Assembly: GCA_045116295.1 (NCBI GenBank)
Contig: JBGULQ010000012.1
Span: 25,678-89,677, forward strand
Source of the DNA: Alphaproteobacteria bacterium
GTDB lineage: Bacteria; Pseudomonadota; Alphaproteobacteria; RF32; CAG-239
Reading direction: 5' to 3'
Length of the DNA: 64,000 nucleotides
Position 1 is the stretch's first letter. The number at the start of each line of letters is the position of its first letter. Below, one piece after another: positions 1 through 10,820 of the stretch. The notes below the pieces were generated by a model. The model was not told the origin of the DNA, made no database searches, and saw nothing but the letters and a program-made list of their open reading frames with translations. A program made the translations under genes and the position numbers.

Positions 1-168
1 TGTCAAAGTCCTTAAAGCAGTCTACTCATAGCATTATCATAGCACATTTTTAGCCCAAAAAAAAGCCCTATCGTGTCAAAACCGCTAAATTTAACATATT
101 TGTAACATTTTATTTTTACTGTATTTTCAATAAGATAGCATCAAAATAAATCAATTTGCAATCATAAC

Positions 169-199
169 AAAAAAAGAGCCTTGAAATACTCAAGGCTCT
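169..199 (-). terminator. Intrinsic terminator after ORF 218-1027
   Basis: AGAGCCTTGA-aatac-TCAAGGCTCT hairpin; the A-run at 169-175 gives a U-tract on the minus strand. Confidence 0.75.
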
Positions 200-217
200 A
201 AAAACTATAGTACAAAA

Positions 218-1027
218 CTATCGCCATACTTCATAGTCATCATCTGACAATTCAGCAGGTCCACCTGCCGATGCACTGGTACCAAAATTGGTCAAATAAA
301 TCAGACAATGCTTATCACGACGACAAGACCCATCTTGATCAGGAGACGGGTCCAAATCTTCCGCCATTATCCATGTTGGCATCGACACAAAATTATTTTT
401 TCCATGGGTAATAATCCCCATGCGAGAATATATTGGGATTTCTTTTCTCAAACGCTCAATATCATTTGGAAGATCTTTAGCTAAATCAATCATATAACCC
501 AATCCGTCAATATATCCGCGACTCGTCTTCATTGCGTCCAACAATTCTGCTCGAGGCTTTCCGGTCACCGGATTACGCCACTTGGACGGAATATCACCAT
601 AAGTCACCAAAAACATAGTCGCATCAGGTTCATCACAACAGTTACTGACTGCATGGTACGGATCGCTACCATTCGTACACCCTACCGGCAACTTAGAATA
701 TGTCCGCGTAGCTACTCCATTTTCTTTTGATGCCAAACAATAAATTTTTGACGTAAAATTAGCCACGCCACCATCTGCATCAAAACCATACGGAGCATAA
801 GACGTATTGCTTCCTTCCGGCTTCCACTCCCCGGGCTCTACACTCCCTGGTCCTTTACGCCAGTTTGTAGCCACATAATTCCTCATTGCCTGATGTTGCA
901 GATACATCTTAGCAATAACTGCTTCTGCCTTTGGCTCAACTACAACCTTTTTTACATCTGGCCTGTATGACGTGCTAAACACTGCCAACGATGCCAGAAA
1001 AGTAGCAATAATCACCCATAAATACAT
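218..1027 (-). CDS. Hypothetical exported/membrane-anchored protein, Cys-containing (possibly pilus-associated)
   Basis: 269-aa ORF, hydrophobic N-terminus MYLWVIIATFLASLAVF, GGGGGTG upstream of ATG, own terminator. Confidence 0.6.
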   Translation of the reverse strand: MYLWVIIATFLASLAVFSTSYRPDVKKVVVEPKAEAVIAKMYLQHQAMRNYVATNWRKGPGSVEPGEWKPEGSNTSYAPYGFDADGGVANFTSKIYCLASKENGVATRTYSKLPVGCTNGSDPYHAVSNCCDEPDATMFLVTYGDIPSKWRNPVTGKPRAELLDAMKTSRGYIDGLGYMIDLAKDLPNDIERLRKEIPIYSRMGIITHGKNNFVSMPTWIMAEDLDPSPDQDGSCRRDKHCLIYLTNFGTSASAGGPAELSDDDYEVWR

Positions 1028-1173
1028 AGCACACCCCCAAATCTCACATCCACTACTTGTTATGATATCACATTTTCATAAAAAAGAAAAGAAAAAACGC
1101 CATAACTATACTGTTTTTAGCATCAAAAAAAAGTATTGTTATAACTAAAAATATTTGTTAAATTTCCCTATGT

Positions 1174-1854
1174 TTGGAAAAAATTGACATGAACACATTG
1201 AACAGCTTTTTATTTTCTATACCCGACGGTAGCACCATTGCTACCGCCTTCAAACAGTCTTTACTCAAAAAATACTTTTTTGATGCCGACATATCTTTTT
1301 GCACATCATCGACATCACCTCTCGTATATGCCAAGCTGTCCGCTGTCAACAATCATGGTTGCATTGCTTTCTCTTCAACAGCCGTAAATGAACTGATATG
1401 TATGTCTTTAGGTCCATCAGATAACAGCTCACAGGACATTTTTCCATCGTCTACAGCACTGAAAATATTACACAATATTGCACAAACAATGTGTTCCGAA
1501 CTGGGGGATATTTTGTGTGGCGAATTTTCTACAGAAAAGCCCGATGATTTTGACATTTATTCGGCTTTCCAGTTTTCCGTCAATAATAACGGCTCTTTCT
1601 GGTTGCAAATTCCGGGGATAAAACCGCTGGATATTGCTAACAATATTCCTTGCGAGCTGACCGCGGTTATGCAACAATCATCATTGCCTCTCAGTAAAAT
1701 TTCTGAATGGAAAGTTGGTAGTTTTCTGCCATTAGGTATTGAAAAAGATGCCGAAATATCTATACTACAAGGTAAAGCTCCGAAATTTAAGGGAATTTTG
1801 GGGCAAAAATCACACCACATTGCTATCAAAATAACCCAAAAGGTGCCACAATGA
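1174..1854 (+). CDS. Shortened FliM/FliN-family (SpoA C-terminal domain) protein
   Basis: C-terminus IPCELTAVMQQSSLPLSKISEWKVGSFLPL...FKGILGQKSHHIAIKI resembles the SpoA/FliM_C pattern. Confidence 0.6.
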   Translation: MEKIDMNTLNSFLFSIPDGSTIATAFKQSLLKKYFFDADISFCTSSTSPLVYAKLSAVNNHGCIAFSSTAVNELICMSLGPSDNSSQDIFPSSTALKILHNIAQTMCSELGDILCGEFSTEKPDDFDIYSAFQFSVNNNGSFWLQIPGIKPLDIANNIPCELTAVMQQSSLPLSKISEWKVGSFLPLGIEKDAEISILQGKAPKFKGILGQKSHHIAIKITQKVPQ

Positions 1855-2186
1855 GCAATTTTGAACTGATTATAAACATTATCGTAATTTGTTTGCTGCT
1901 ATTGACCATAGCATACATTTGGCGGCTTAATCGCAACATAACCATACTGCGCAACAACCACGACAGTCTTTCCACTCTCGCCCAATCATTGAACGAAGCC
2001 GCTTCAAAGGCTGAAAATGCCGTCATAAACCTTAAGGCTGCTGCCCACGAAACATCACGCAATCTGCATAACTTGGTCGCCGAGAGCAACCGCTCCGAAA
2101 ACCATTTTTCTGACACAGACGAAGACGACGATCCGAAATCAGAAGCCGAACTTGAACTTATAAAGGCTCTGCGAGCACTTAGGTAG
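1851..2186 (+). CDS. DUF6468-like membrane protein (normally follows fliM in alphaproteobacteria)
   Basis: N-terminal TM helix, WRLNRNITILR, coiled coil, C-terminal SEAELELIKAL; overlaps the upstream stop. Confidence 0.55.
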   Translation: MSNFELIINIIVICLLLLTIAYIWRLNRNITILRNNHDSLSTLAQSLNEAASKAENAVINLKAAAHETSRNLHNLVAESNRSENHFSDTDEDDDPKSEAELELIKALRALR

Positions 2187-2196
2187 GAGGACACAG

Positions 2197-2523
2197 GTGT
2201 TGTCGCACTATAAATCATGGCTGTTTATCTCGCTGGTTATATGCTCTATCATGTTGATAGCGATAAAAACTGCAAAAATCTACCATTCGCAAACTCAGTT
2301 GACAACATCTCAACACGCTACTGATTTAACTCCTTCCTCACCGGATATTGACAGCCTGATTATTGCTAACAAGTCAAGTTATAATGAACAAATGCGTAAA
2401 ATTGAGCGCGAAAAAGCAAAATTAGAGGCTCTTGACGCATCCATTAATGACAAAATACAAGCTTTAAAGGCTGCCGAAAATGATGTCTTAGAGCTTCTGG
2501 AGAGTACCGATATAGATGAGTGA
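2197..2523 (+). CDS. Small membrane-anchored coiled-coil protein (possible truncated MotE-like)
   Basis: AGGAGG RBS, TM helix, [22 protein letters not shown] coil; position after fliM-DUF6468. Confidence 0.4.
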   Translation: MLSHYKSWLFISLVICSIMLIAIKTAKIYHSQTQLTTSQHATDLTPSSPDIDSLIIANKSSYNEQMRKIEREKAKLEALDASINDKIQALKAAENDVLELLESTDIDE

Positions 2524-4525
2524 TAATTTTGAAATTGTCAGCCCATTTGAACCGGCCGGTGACCAACCGCAGGCCATTTCTGAACTCTGCACCGGCATAG
2601 AACAAGGCCTGCGAGATCAAGTCTTGCTTGGTGTAACCGGATCCGGCAAAACTTTTACTATGGCAAAAATCATCGAACATTGCAGGCGTCCGACACTGAT
2701 TATGGCTCCAAACAAAATTCTGGCCGCCCAGTTATACAGTGAAATGAAAGAGTTTTTCCCTCATAATCACGTCGAATATTTTGTATCATATTATGACTAC
2801 TATCAACCCGAGGCTTATGTTCCGAAAACCGACACCTATATCGAAAAAGACTCTGCCATTAACGAACAAATCGACCGCATGCGCAACTCTGCCACTCGCA
2901 GCATTTTGGAAAACCGCGATGTCATCATTGTTGCTTCCGTCTCCTGCATTTATGGTTTGGGAGATGTAGCCTCATACTCTGCCATGACCTGCGAGCTCAA
3001 TGTTGGTGACAATATTGAAATGCCCGATGTTTGCCGCCGCCTATCCGAACTTCAATACGAACGCAACCAGCAAAACTTTGTCCGCACCACTTTTCGTGTT
3101 CAAGGGGACACTTTGGATATTTTTCCTGCCCACCTTGAAGATCGGGCATGGCGCATATCTTTTTTTGGCGATGAAATCGAGAGCATTTATGAATTCGATG
3201 CCTTAACCGGAAAACGTATCACCGATCTACCCAAAGTCGTAGTTTATCCGGCGAGCCACTATGTAACCCCTCGTCCCACATTATCACAAGCAATTGTAAA
3301 CATCAAAAAAGAATCACAACAGCAACTGCAATTATACCGTGAAAATAATCAGTTATTAGAAGCTCAACGCTTGGAACAACGTACCCGATTCGACCTTGAA
3401 ATGCTTGAAACTACCGGACACTGTAAAGGCATTGAAAACTATTCGCGCTACCTAACCGGACGCGCAGCCGGAGATCCACCGCCGACATTGTTTGAATATT
3501 TACCTGATGATGCACTGCTTTTTATTGACGAGAGCCATATTTCCATTCCTCAAATCGGCGGTATGTTTCGCGGTGACCGCAACCGCAAATCGACATTGGC
3601 TCAGTATGGGTTTCGGCTTCCATCATGCCTAGACAACCGCCCCTTAAAATTTGAAGAATGGAACAAAATGCGCCCACAGACCATTTTTGTTTCGGCCACT
3701 CCCGGAGATTGGGAGCTTGAACAGAGTCAAGGTTGCTTTGCCGAACAAGTTATTCGTCCGACCGGACTGGCGGACCCGATTTGCCTGATAAGACCGGTTG
3801 AAAACCAAGTTGATGACCTCATGGAAGAATGCCGCAAAACCATACTCAAAAAAGAACGCGTTCTTGTCACCACTCTCACCAAAAAAATGGCTGAAGACCT
3901 GACTGAATATCTCAATGAAAACGGCATAAAAGTCCGCTATATGCACTCTGATATTGATACATTGGAACGCATTGAAATTATTCGTGATCTACGCCTTGGA
4001 GTTTTTGATGTTCTGGTCGGAATTAACCTTTTGCGTGAGGGGCTGGATATTCCTGAATGCTCTCTTGTAGCCATACTTGATGCTGATAAAGAGGGTTTTC
4101 TGCGTTCTACCCGTTCGCTAATTCAGACCATCGGTCGTGCCGCACGCAACGCCCAAAGTCGCGTGATTCTTTATGCCGACAAAATAACCGGTTCCATTAA
4201 AGAAGCCATGGAAGAAACATCTCGTCGCCGTGAAAAGCAGCTAAAATTCAACATTGAACATGGTATAACCCCGCAAACAATCAAAAAGAGCATATCTTCA
4301 ACCCTGCGTGAAATGAGCGAAACCGATTTTGCCAAAGAAGAGCCGGTCAGTGCCGGAGACGCTAAAGACATTGAAAAACAAATCAAAGAATACACAAAGC
4401 TTATGAAAGAAGCTGCCGCTAATCTTGAATTTGAACAAGCTGTTATCTATCGTGACAAAATAAAATCTCTTGAATTATTAGCTATGCGTGTTTATGACAA
4501 CACCATGTATATAAATGGTGACTAA
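2516..4525 (+). CDS. uvrB: Excinuclease ABC subunit B
   Basis: [19 protein letters not shown] Walker [16 protein letters not shown]-terminal UVR domain. Confidence 0.98.
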   Translation: MSDNFEIVSPFEPAGDQPQAISELCTGIEQGLRDQVLLGVTGSGKTFTMAKIIEHCRRPTLIMAPNKILAAQLYSEMKEFFPHNHVEYFVSYYDYYQPEAYVPKTDTYIEKDSAINEQIDRMRNSATRSILENRDVIIVASVSCIYGLGDVASYSAMTCELNVGDNIEMPDVCRRLSELQYERNQQNFVRTTFRVQGDTLDIFPAHLEDRAWRISFFGDEIESIYEFDALTGKRITDLPKVVVYPASHYVTPRPTLSQAIVNIKKESQQQLQLYRENNQLLEAQRLEQRTRFDLEMLETTGHCKGIENYSRYLTGRAAGDPPPTLFEYLPDDALLFIDESHISIPQIGGMFRGDRNRKSTLAQYGFRLPSCLDNRPLKFEEWNKMRPQTIFVSATPGDWELEQSQGCFAEQVIRPTGLADPICLIRPVENQVDDLMEECRKTILKKERVLVTTLTKKMAEDLTEYLNENGIKVRYMHSDIDTLERIEIIRDLRLGVFDVLVGINLLREGLDIPECSLVAILDADKEGFLRSTRSLIQTIGRAARNAQSRVILYADKITGSIKEAMEETSRRREKQLKFNIEHGITPQTIKKSISSTLREMSETDFAKEEPVSAGDAKDIEKQIKEYTKLMKEAAANLEFEQAVIYRDKIKSLELLAMRVYDNTMYINGD

Positions 4526-5004
4526 TATCTTGCCATCACTCTGGCTTTTTCACGATTCCAATCACGTGTTTTTTCTGTTTCACGTTTATCATAAAGTTTT
4601 TTACCAACGCCAAGCCCAACCTCTAATTTTGCTCGTCCTTTATCGTTAAAAAACAATCTGATAGCCACTAATGTCGTACCTTTTTTAGCAATTGAGCCGA
4701 TAATATCGTTTATTTCTTTCTTTTTTAAGAGTAATTTTCGATCTCTTTTTTCGGCATGGCTTGCATATCCCTTATTAGCATATTCGGCGATAAACATATT
4801 TGAAATATAAAGTTCTCCGCCTTTTTCGACACCAAAAGCATCATTAATATTGGCATGTCCTTGCCTCAAAGACTTAACCTCTGTCCCCGTAAGTTCAAGT
4901 CCTGCTACAAAACGTTCGGTTATATAATAATCAAACGTGGCACGGCGATTCTGTGCCACGTTTCCGGTTGAAATAAAATCTGATTTTGTCTTTTTACCCG
5001 GCAT
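4522..5004 (-). CDS. smpB: SsrA-binding protein
   Basis: [31 protein letters not shown]. Confidence 0.97.
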   Translation of the reverse strand: MPGKKTKSDFISTGNVAQNRRATFDYYITERFVAGLELTGTEVKSLRQGHANINDAFGVEKGGELYISNMFIAEYANKGYASHAEKRDRKLLLKKKEINDIIGSIAKKGTTLVAIRLFFNDKGRAKLEVGLGVGKKLYDKRETEKTRDWNREKARVMARY

Positions 5005-5005
5005 A

Positions 5006-5440
5006 TTACTCTGCTGCTCTTAATTTTTTATTCTGAATTTTTCCCTCAACAACAGTAAGAACCGGTTTATTTTTAATGCAACGTCCCTCGATATAAGCTC
5101 CCGGTTCTATAGCAATACTGTTATGATTAATATCACCGATCAAATGAGCTGTTTGCGCAATAAACAAACTATCTGCAGAAACTTCACCATTTAGTGTACC
5201 ATATAAATATATACTTTGAGCCTTTACTGCACCATTAATGGTCCCCTTAAGCCCGACGATCAATTCATCACAATTAACATCACCATCAATGGTACCATCT
5301 ACATGCAGTGTACCTGCCGAAACAACATCTCCTTTTACGGAGCTGTTCTCGGCAACAATTGTCGGCACCACATTGCCGTTTTTACCACGTCCCATAAGGC
5401 GAGCAATTTTCAAATAAATAATCCTTCTAAGCTTTTTCAT
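5006..5440 (-). CDS. Bactofilin (polymer-forming cytoskeletal protein)
   Basis: Beta-helix repeats LHVDGTIDGDV, GDINHNSIAIEPGAYIEG; follows an M23 gene. Confidence 0.9.
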   Translation of the reverse strand: MKKLRRIIYLKIARLMGRGKNGNVVPTIVAENSSVKGDVVSAGTLHVDGTIDGDVNCDELIVGLKGTINGAVKAQSIYLYGTLNGEVSADSLFIAQTAHLIGDINHNSIAIEPGAYIEGRCIKNKPVLTVVEGKIQNKKLRAAE

Positions 5441-5451
5441 TTTAATCTCCC

Positions 5452-6687
5452 TTAAGATGATTTTGCCCTAATAAACGGCATTGGATCAACATCTTTTCCC
5501 TTATATAATACTTCATAATGCAAATGCGGACCGGTTGAACGTCCTGTAGACCCCATTTCGCCTATTGCATCACCGATTTCCAAACGTTGTCCTTTTTTCA
5601 CGTACGATTTGCTTAAATGTGCATATTTAGTAACAAAGCCGTTCCCATGATCGACCTCAACCAAATTGCCATATCCGGAATTATATTCTGACTTAATCAC
5701 TTTTCCTTTAGCCGCAACCTTAATTTTATTTCCGGTTCTTCCGGCCAAATCAACACCTTTATGATAAGCTTTTGTCTTCTTAAATGGATCGCTGCGAGCA
5801 CCATATTGAGATGAAATCAGTGTCCATGACACCGGCTTGCCCAACGGGACGTAATTCAACACCTCACGCAAATAAGCAACATCATCAACAGTCTTGTATA
5901 AATTACTAACCTTATCATTTACTTTTTTTTCCTGCAAAAAACTGTTTTCTGCGGGGATATAAGGTCCCCCGCTTCCGTGTTGTTTTTTGTTATTTGCCAA
6001 GGCATTAAAATACATACCGCGTTTTTTAAGCGAAGAGTTTATTGAATTTATAGCACTCTTAATTTTGTTCATTTCATTGCCGGCAATTTGAGAAACTTTA
6101 TCCAAAACATCCATCTCGGCAGCCCTCATATCCTCAACCATTTTTTGCAATTCAACCAGCTTTTTACGCAACTCATTACGCTCTGAAACCGCAATATCTC
6201 TCTGCAATGAAACCTCATTAAGGCTGGTTTTTTCTTCCAATTTTCCGGCATCAATCAACTCCGGATGACTTGTAATCTGCTTAACCCGTTCTTCCACCAT
6301 AGTCGCCTGTTGTTTATATTCTTCAACATTCATTTTTTTGCTGTCTGCTTCGTCAAGATTTTGAATCATCATCGCAATATTACTTTGCAGCGCCACAAAA
6401 TCTCCCATCAAATCCATATAAGCATCGCGGGTTGCAGTAAGTTCATTATTTTTTCGGTTAAGGATACGTCCGGAACGATGGTACATATGAGAAGAATGCA
6501 CTCCCCAAAAGGCAGTCAATACAATCAACACCAATGCCACTATTTGCATTTTGGATGATATATGCCAAACTCTGGCTCGCCCGCTACTTCTGAAAATAAT
6601 CTCTTTACTCGAAAAGAGTGGTTTCTTTTCAGAGTATCGCATTGGTTCACGAGTTATTTTCTTGGGCAACTTCTTCATATTACACAA
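5452..6687 (-). CDS. M23 family peptidase with TM and coiled coil
   Basis: HKGVD, YAHL, GSTGRSTGPHLHYEV motifs. Confidence 0.92.
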   Translation of the reverse strand: MCNMKKLPKKITREPMRYSEKKPLFSSKEIIFRSSGRARVWHISSKMQIVALVLIVLTAFWGVHSSHMYHRSGRILNRKNNELTATRDAYMDLMGDFVALQSNIAMMIQNLDEADSKKMNVEEYKQQATMVEERVKQITSHPELIDAGKLEEKTSLNEVSLQRDIAVSERNELRKKLVELQKMVEDMRAAEMDVLDKVSQIAGNEMNKIKSAINSINSSLKKRGMYFNALANNKKQHGSGGPYIPAENSFLQEKKVNDKVSNLYKTVDDVAYLREVLNYVPLGKPVSWTLISSQYGARSDPFKKTKAYHKGVDLAGRTGNKIKVAAKGKVIKSEYNSGYGNLVEVDHGNGFVTKYAHLSKSYVKKGQRLEIGDAIGEMGSTGRSTGPHLHYEVLYKGKDVDPMPFIRAKSS

Positions 6688-6774
6688 TTCCTCATCAGGG
6701 AATCATATATAACAAGAAAAAAACAAAAAATACAGTCTTTTTTTTACGCTATCTACAATTTGCAGCCGATAAAA

Positions 6775-7086
6775 CTACTCATCTAACAAAATCAACTCGC
6801 CGGAACCAACCATATTCAGCACCTCTCGAGCCCGTTCATCAAGCATATCGAGATCTAAACTCCCCGGCGACAGCAACCGGACTTTTTCATTTAGTTCCTC
6901 TTTTTGACGATGATATTTGTCAGCAATTTCATGTGCATATGCGACTTCTTTCTTCAAATACATGTACTTTTGGAATCCGCGGTCACCATAAAAACCGTTG
7001 AAACAAAAATAAAAAAACAGCATCATAAGAAATATCAGCAACCCTGATTTTCTTAAACGATACTTTATATCTTGCAACAGTCCCAT
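6775..7086 (-). CDS. ftsB: Septum formation initiator FtsB/DivIC family
   Basis: TM helix, GDRGF, SLDLDMLDERAREVL. Confidence 0.85.
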   Translation of the reverse strand: MGLLQDIKYRLRKSGLLIFLMMLFFYFCFNGFYGDRGFQKYMYLKKEVAYAHEIADKYHRQKEELNEKVRLLSPGSLDLDMLDERAREVLNMVGSGELILLDE

Positions 7087-7158
7087 AGCCTCATAATCTC
7101 CATAAACAGGAATTATAAGACCTTTTTTATTAATATTTGGTAACTTATCAATTATTTT

Positions 7159-7644
7159 TTATCGCCCTTTATATTTTCTCATATTTGCAGGAGGACGTTT
7201 AATCGGAACCCATCTTCCTTTGAGTTTTCCCTCTCTTATTGCAATAATTCTTCCGGCATCAACAATCTTAAACTGAGGAATGTATATTTCTCTACTTTCC
7301 CCATCCATTAAATCTTTCAGCTGTGGTTCAAAAATTTTTCTGTTAATATGTATATGCGTTGACTTATGTAAAATTGTCAAATTTGTAAATGCATTGACAT
7401 CTGTACTCATTGAACCGGACAAAGGCACTATGTGATGAATATCCAAATCCGGAGGCAAAATACCATCTTTTGCATCTTCAACTTCTTGCTCAGTAAGTAC
7501 CCCGTCAAACAACCCTACATAAGCAACATATTGAACAAATGCCCTACGTACATGATTATCAAAAAAACGACGACTTGCCCTACTGACGCTTGGCGAAACT
7601 TTAGTAAAGTTAATCTTTCTATAGTCCATATCACCCCTCAGCAA
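7159..7644 (-). CDS. Stand-alone HNH endonuclease-domain protein
   Basis: DIHHIVPLSGS...N..TNLTILHKSTHIHIN motif. Confidence 0.7.
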   Translation of the reverse strand: MLRGDMDYRKINFTKVSPSVSRASRRFFDNHVRRAFVQYVAYVGLFDGVLTEQEVEDAKDGILPPDLDIHHIVPLSGSMSTDVNAFTNLTILHKSTHIHINRKIFEPQLKDLMDGESREIYIPQFKIVDAGRIIAIREGKLKGRWVPIKRPPANMRKYKGR

Positions 7645-7690
7645 AAAACTGCTTTTATGCTAACGTATACATTTTTTTGATACTACCTTT

Positions 7691-8158
7691 TTATTTGTTT
7701 TTTCTACACCTTTTTGCCTTAAAAAAATCCTTCAAAATCTGTGAACATTCTTTTTCCATAATACCGCTTTCAACCTGCGGACGATGATGACACGTTGCCG
7801 CCTCAAAAAAACGAACACCGCTGATGACGGCTCCGCCTTTTTCATCTCTAGCTCCAAAACAAAGCCTTGATATTCTCATCATTGAAATTGCCGCCGCACA
7901 CATAGTGCACGGTTCCAAAGTAACATAAAGCTCCATACCGTATAACCGGTTCGTTCCCAGTTTTTTGCACGCTTTTCTCATGGCCTCTATTTCTGCATGA
8001 GCAAATGCTTCTTTACCATGTTCTCCGCAGTTTCCGGCCTTTGCCACCACTTTTCCTGAAACAGGATCAACCACAACTGCACCGACCGGCACTTCATCTT
8101 TTGCAAATGCCATTTCTGCCTGCTTTAAAGCAATTTTCATATAATCATGACAATTCAT
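7691..8158 (-). CDS. tadA: tRNA adenosine deaminase
   Basis: EVPVGAV, HAE, TLEPCTMC. Confidence 0.93.
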   Translation of the reverse strand: MNCHDYMKIALKQAEMAFAKDEVPVGAVVVDPVSGKVVAKAGNCGEHGKEAFAHAEIEAMRKACKKLGTNRLYGMELYVTLEPCTMCAAAISMMRISRLCFGARDEKGGAVISGVRFFEAATCHHRPQVESGIMEKECSQILKDFFKAKRCRKNK

Positions 8159-8217
8159 CTTTATTTTTTCCTTTGCTTAATATATGATAGGCACAAATTT
8201 ATTGAGGATTGCTTAAA

Positions 8218-8937
8218 ATGAGTGAAAGAATAGCCAAATTTATTGCCCGTTCCGGCGTCTGCTCGCGCCGAGCCGCCGAAGAACTAATCTTACAACAGCG
8301 CGTTACCCTCAACGGAGAAATTATAAATTCTCCGGCCATCAACGTTGAACCATCTGATAAAATTCTCATTGATGGTGAAAAACTTCCGGCAATTGAACAA
8401 ACCAGACTTTGGCTTTATTACAAACCGACTGGTCTCATTACCTCCCATAAAGACTCTTCGCGTCCAACAGTCTTTGACAATCTTCCCGCCGGTATGCCTC
8501 GCGTTATTTCTGTCGGGCGACTTGACCTTAATTCTGAGGGATTGCTACTGCTCACCAACAACGGAGAGCTTTCCCGTCTGCTCGAACTCCCACAAAATGG
8601 ATGGAGTCGCCGCTATAAAGTAAAAGTCCACGGTCAAGTCACACAACAAAAACTCGATTCTGTATCTAACGGCGTTACAATCGACGGAGTAAACTACGGA
8701 CCGGTAAAAATTGCTATTGATAGTACCCAAGGAACAAATACATGGCTGACCATCACCTTATCTGAAGGAAAAAATCGTGAAATCCGCCGTCTTATGCAAT
8801 ATATCGGGCTTGACGTTGCTCGTTTAATCCGCTTATCTTACGGCCCGTTTCAACTTGGTAGCCTCAAAAAAGGTGAAGTCAAAGAAGTTCCTCACAAAGT
8901 CCTAAAAGAACAACTTGGCGGAAAATTTGAATTATGA
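8218..8937 (+). CDS. rluB: rRNA pseudouridine synthase (RluB/RsuA family)
   Basis: S4 domain ERIAKFIARSGVCSRR, GRLD catalytic motif, EGKNREIRR. Confidence 0.88.
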   Translation: MSERIAKFIARSGVCSRRAAEELILQQRVTLNGEIINSPAINVEPSDKILIDGEKLPAIEQTRLWLYYKPTGLITSHKDSSRPTVFDNLPAGMPRVISVGRLDLNSEGLLLLTNNGELSRLLELPQNGWSRRYKVKVHGQVTQQKLDSVSNGVTIDGVNYGPVKIAIDSTQGTNTWLTITLSEGKNREIRRLMQYIGLDVARLIRLSYGPFQLGSLKKGEVKEVPHKVLKEQLGGKFEL

Positions 8938-9479
8938 GAATTATCGGCGGATTATATCGTGGTAAAAACCTTTTATCACCCAAAACCGGAAACGTTCGCC
9001 CAACTTCGGATAAGGCTCGTGAATCCATATTTAATATTTTATATTCAAAGCTAACCAAACCTTGGGATCAAATCAACTTGGCAGATATTTTTGCCGGTAG
9101 CGGAGCTTTCGGACTTGAGGCCATATCTCGTGGTGCCAAAAATGTAACCTTGATTGATATAGATACCGCTTCTGCCGCAAAAAATGCAGCTCTTTTTCCT
9201 AACGAAAAAAACAAAATAACATTGATTCGTGCCGATGCCTCATCACTACCTCACTCCCAACAAGAGTTTGACATCATTTTCATGGACGCACCATACCACA
9301 AAGGTCTGAGCGAACAAGCATTGGCATCAATACTCAAAAACAACTGGCTATCCTCGGACGGCATATGCGTAGTCGAAACTGCCACCGACGAAAAACTCTC
9401 AATTCCTCAGCAGTTAGAACTGATTGACGAACGACGCTATGGTATTGCCAAATTTTGGTTTTTGACGTTCAAAAACTAG
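8934..9479 (+). CDS. rsmD: 16S rRNA m2G966 methyltransferase
   Basis: MRIIGG, RPTSDKARESIFN, DIFAGSG, DAPY. Confidence 0.93.
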   Translation: MRIIGGLYRGKNLLSPKTGNVRPTSDKARESIFNILYSKLTKPWDQINLADIFAGSGAFGLEAISRGAKNVTLIDIDTASAAKNAALFPNEKNKITLIRADASSLPHSQQEFDIIFMDAPYHKGLSEQALASILKNNWLSSDGICVVETATDEKLSIPQQLELIDERRYGIAKFWFLTFKN

Positions 9480-10234
9480 TCTTTTCCGAAATAATTAACC
9501 TTACATGCAGGATAATCACGCATTGCCTCATGATTCAGTTCATAGCATTTATCTTCAATGCACTTTTGAATCTTTTCAATACTCTCATTTTTATCACCGC
9601 TGACATCAATCGGTGGCATAAATTCAACAATAATCTTCCCCGGCAAATGCTTGAACGAACTTCGTGGCCAAAACATACCGCTGTTTAATGCTACAGGTAC
9701 CACCGGCAACTTAAGATTTTGCGCCAAAAATAAAAACCCCGGTTTATATTTTATATTTGTGCCTGCCGGAACTCTGTGCCCTTCGGGAAAAATAATCAGC
9801 GAACGTCCGGTACTCATCATTTTTTTAGCTCCGATCAGCATTTTTTTCATGGCACTTGCACCTGCCGAACGATCAACTGGAATAAGCCCATACATTGCCT
9901 GTGCCCAACCGAAAAACGGAATATACGTAAGTTCTTTTTTCAACACCATCGTTGCTTTATCCACGATTGCTGCCAAAAAATACGTCTCAGCAGCAGATTC
10001 ATGCTTGCATGCATAAATCACTTTTCCCCCGAGATACTGCTTACCACGTACTTCTATACTCAAACCTCCAAAAACTTTCATACCCCACATAACGGCAGGA
10101 CACATCATTCTGCCCCACCAAAATATATGCCATTTACGAGGCAAAAACCACCCGAATATACTGCAAAAAACAACTCCGAAACCAATAACTCCGTATATCC
10201 AGATATTGCTTATTAATGAACGTATAAACAACAT
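9476..10234 (-). CDS. plsC: 1-acyl-sn-glycerol-3-phosphate acyltransferase
   Basis: KHESAAET, FPEGHR, PVVPVALNSG. Confidence 0.85.
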   Translation of the reverse strand: MLFIRSLISNIWIYGVIGFGVVFCSIFGWFLPRKWHIFWWGRMMCPAVMWGMKVFGGLSIEVRGKQYLGGKVIYACKHESAAETYFLAAIVDKATMVLKKELTYIPFFGWAQAMYGLIPVDRSAGASAMKKMLIGAKKMMSTGRSLIIFPEGHRVPAGTNIKYKPGFLFLAQNLKLPVVPVALNSGMFWPRSSFKHLPGKIIVEFMPPIDVSGDKNESIEKIQKCIEDKCYELNHEAMRDYPACKVNYFGKD

Positions 10235-10235
10235 G

Positions 10236-10817
10236 TTAGTCTCCTTTTCTCACTACAATCCCTTTTACCAGCAACACGTACAAAAACTTATTATATTCGC
10301 TTGCCAACAAAGAGAAACTGTGCCAATTTTTCCACCACTCACGAGCAACTCTATCCGAATAGACCGGATACGGAATAATCTCCAACTCTGAGTTATAACG
10401 CTTAAACTCGGCCACACTTCTCGGCATATGATAATTTGAAGTAACCAAATAAATTTTGCTGATTTTTTGTTTTTTTATCCATTCTGCTGTTTCTTTTGCA
10501 TTTTCAACCGTATTTGTAGATTTTTTATCCAGAGTTACTTGCTCAAAATCAAATATCTCCACATCCTCACGATTCTGCAATTCCTTAAGGGATGTATCCT
10601 TAAACACTCCGGACACAAACAACTTATCGGCTTTTTTGGCATTTAGCAGTTTTACTGCTTCTTTCAAACGATTACGTCCGCCTGTCAGCACCACAATTGC
10701 ATCGGCCTCTGCATCACCGACATTAGCGAAGTGATTTATTTTGTAGTTAAAAGCCTCAAAGCCGGCACCCCACATCAACAACAAAACCAACAAAAATAAG
10801 ATTTGTTTTCCTGTCAT
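10236..10817 (-). CDS. YdcF/DUF218 family protein
   Basis: DAIVVLTGG, STNTVENA, LVTSNYHMPRS. Confidence 0.9.
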   Translation of the reverse strand: MTGKQILFLLVLLLMWGAGFEAFNYKINHFANVGDAEADAIVVLTGGRNRLKEAVKLLNAKKADKLFVSGVFKDTSLKELQNREDVEIFDFEQVTLDKKSTNTVENAKETAEWIKKQKISKIYLVTSNYHMPRSVAEFKRYNSELEIIPYPVYSDRVAREWWKNWHSFSLLASEYNKFLYVLLVKGIVVRKGD

Positions 10818-10820
10818 TTG

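Noticed and set aside
91-106. CtrA-like box TTAA-N7-GTAAC
   Set aside because: One mismatch in very AT-rich DNA, and the target gene is outside the window; not distinguishable from chance
5006-6687. M23 peptidase-bactofilin pair as a novel system
   Set aside because: A well-known conserved cell-shape module
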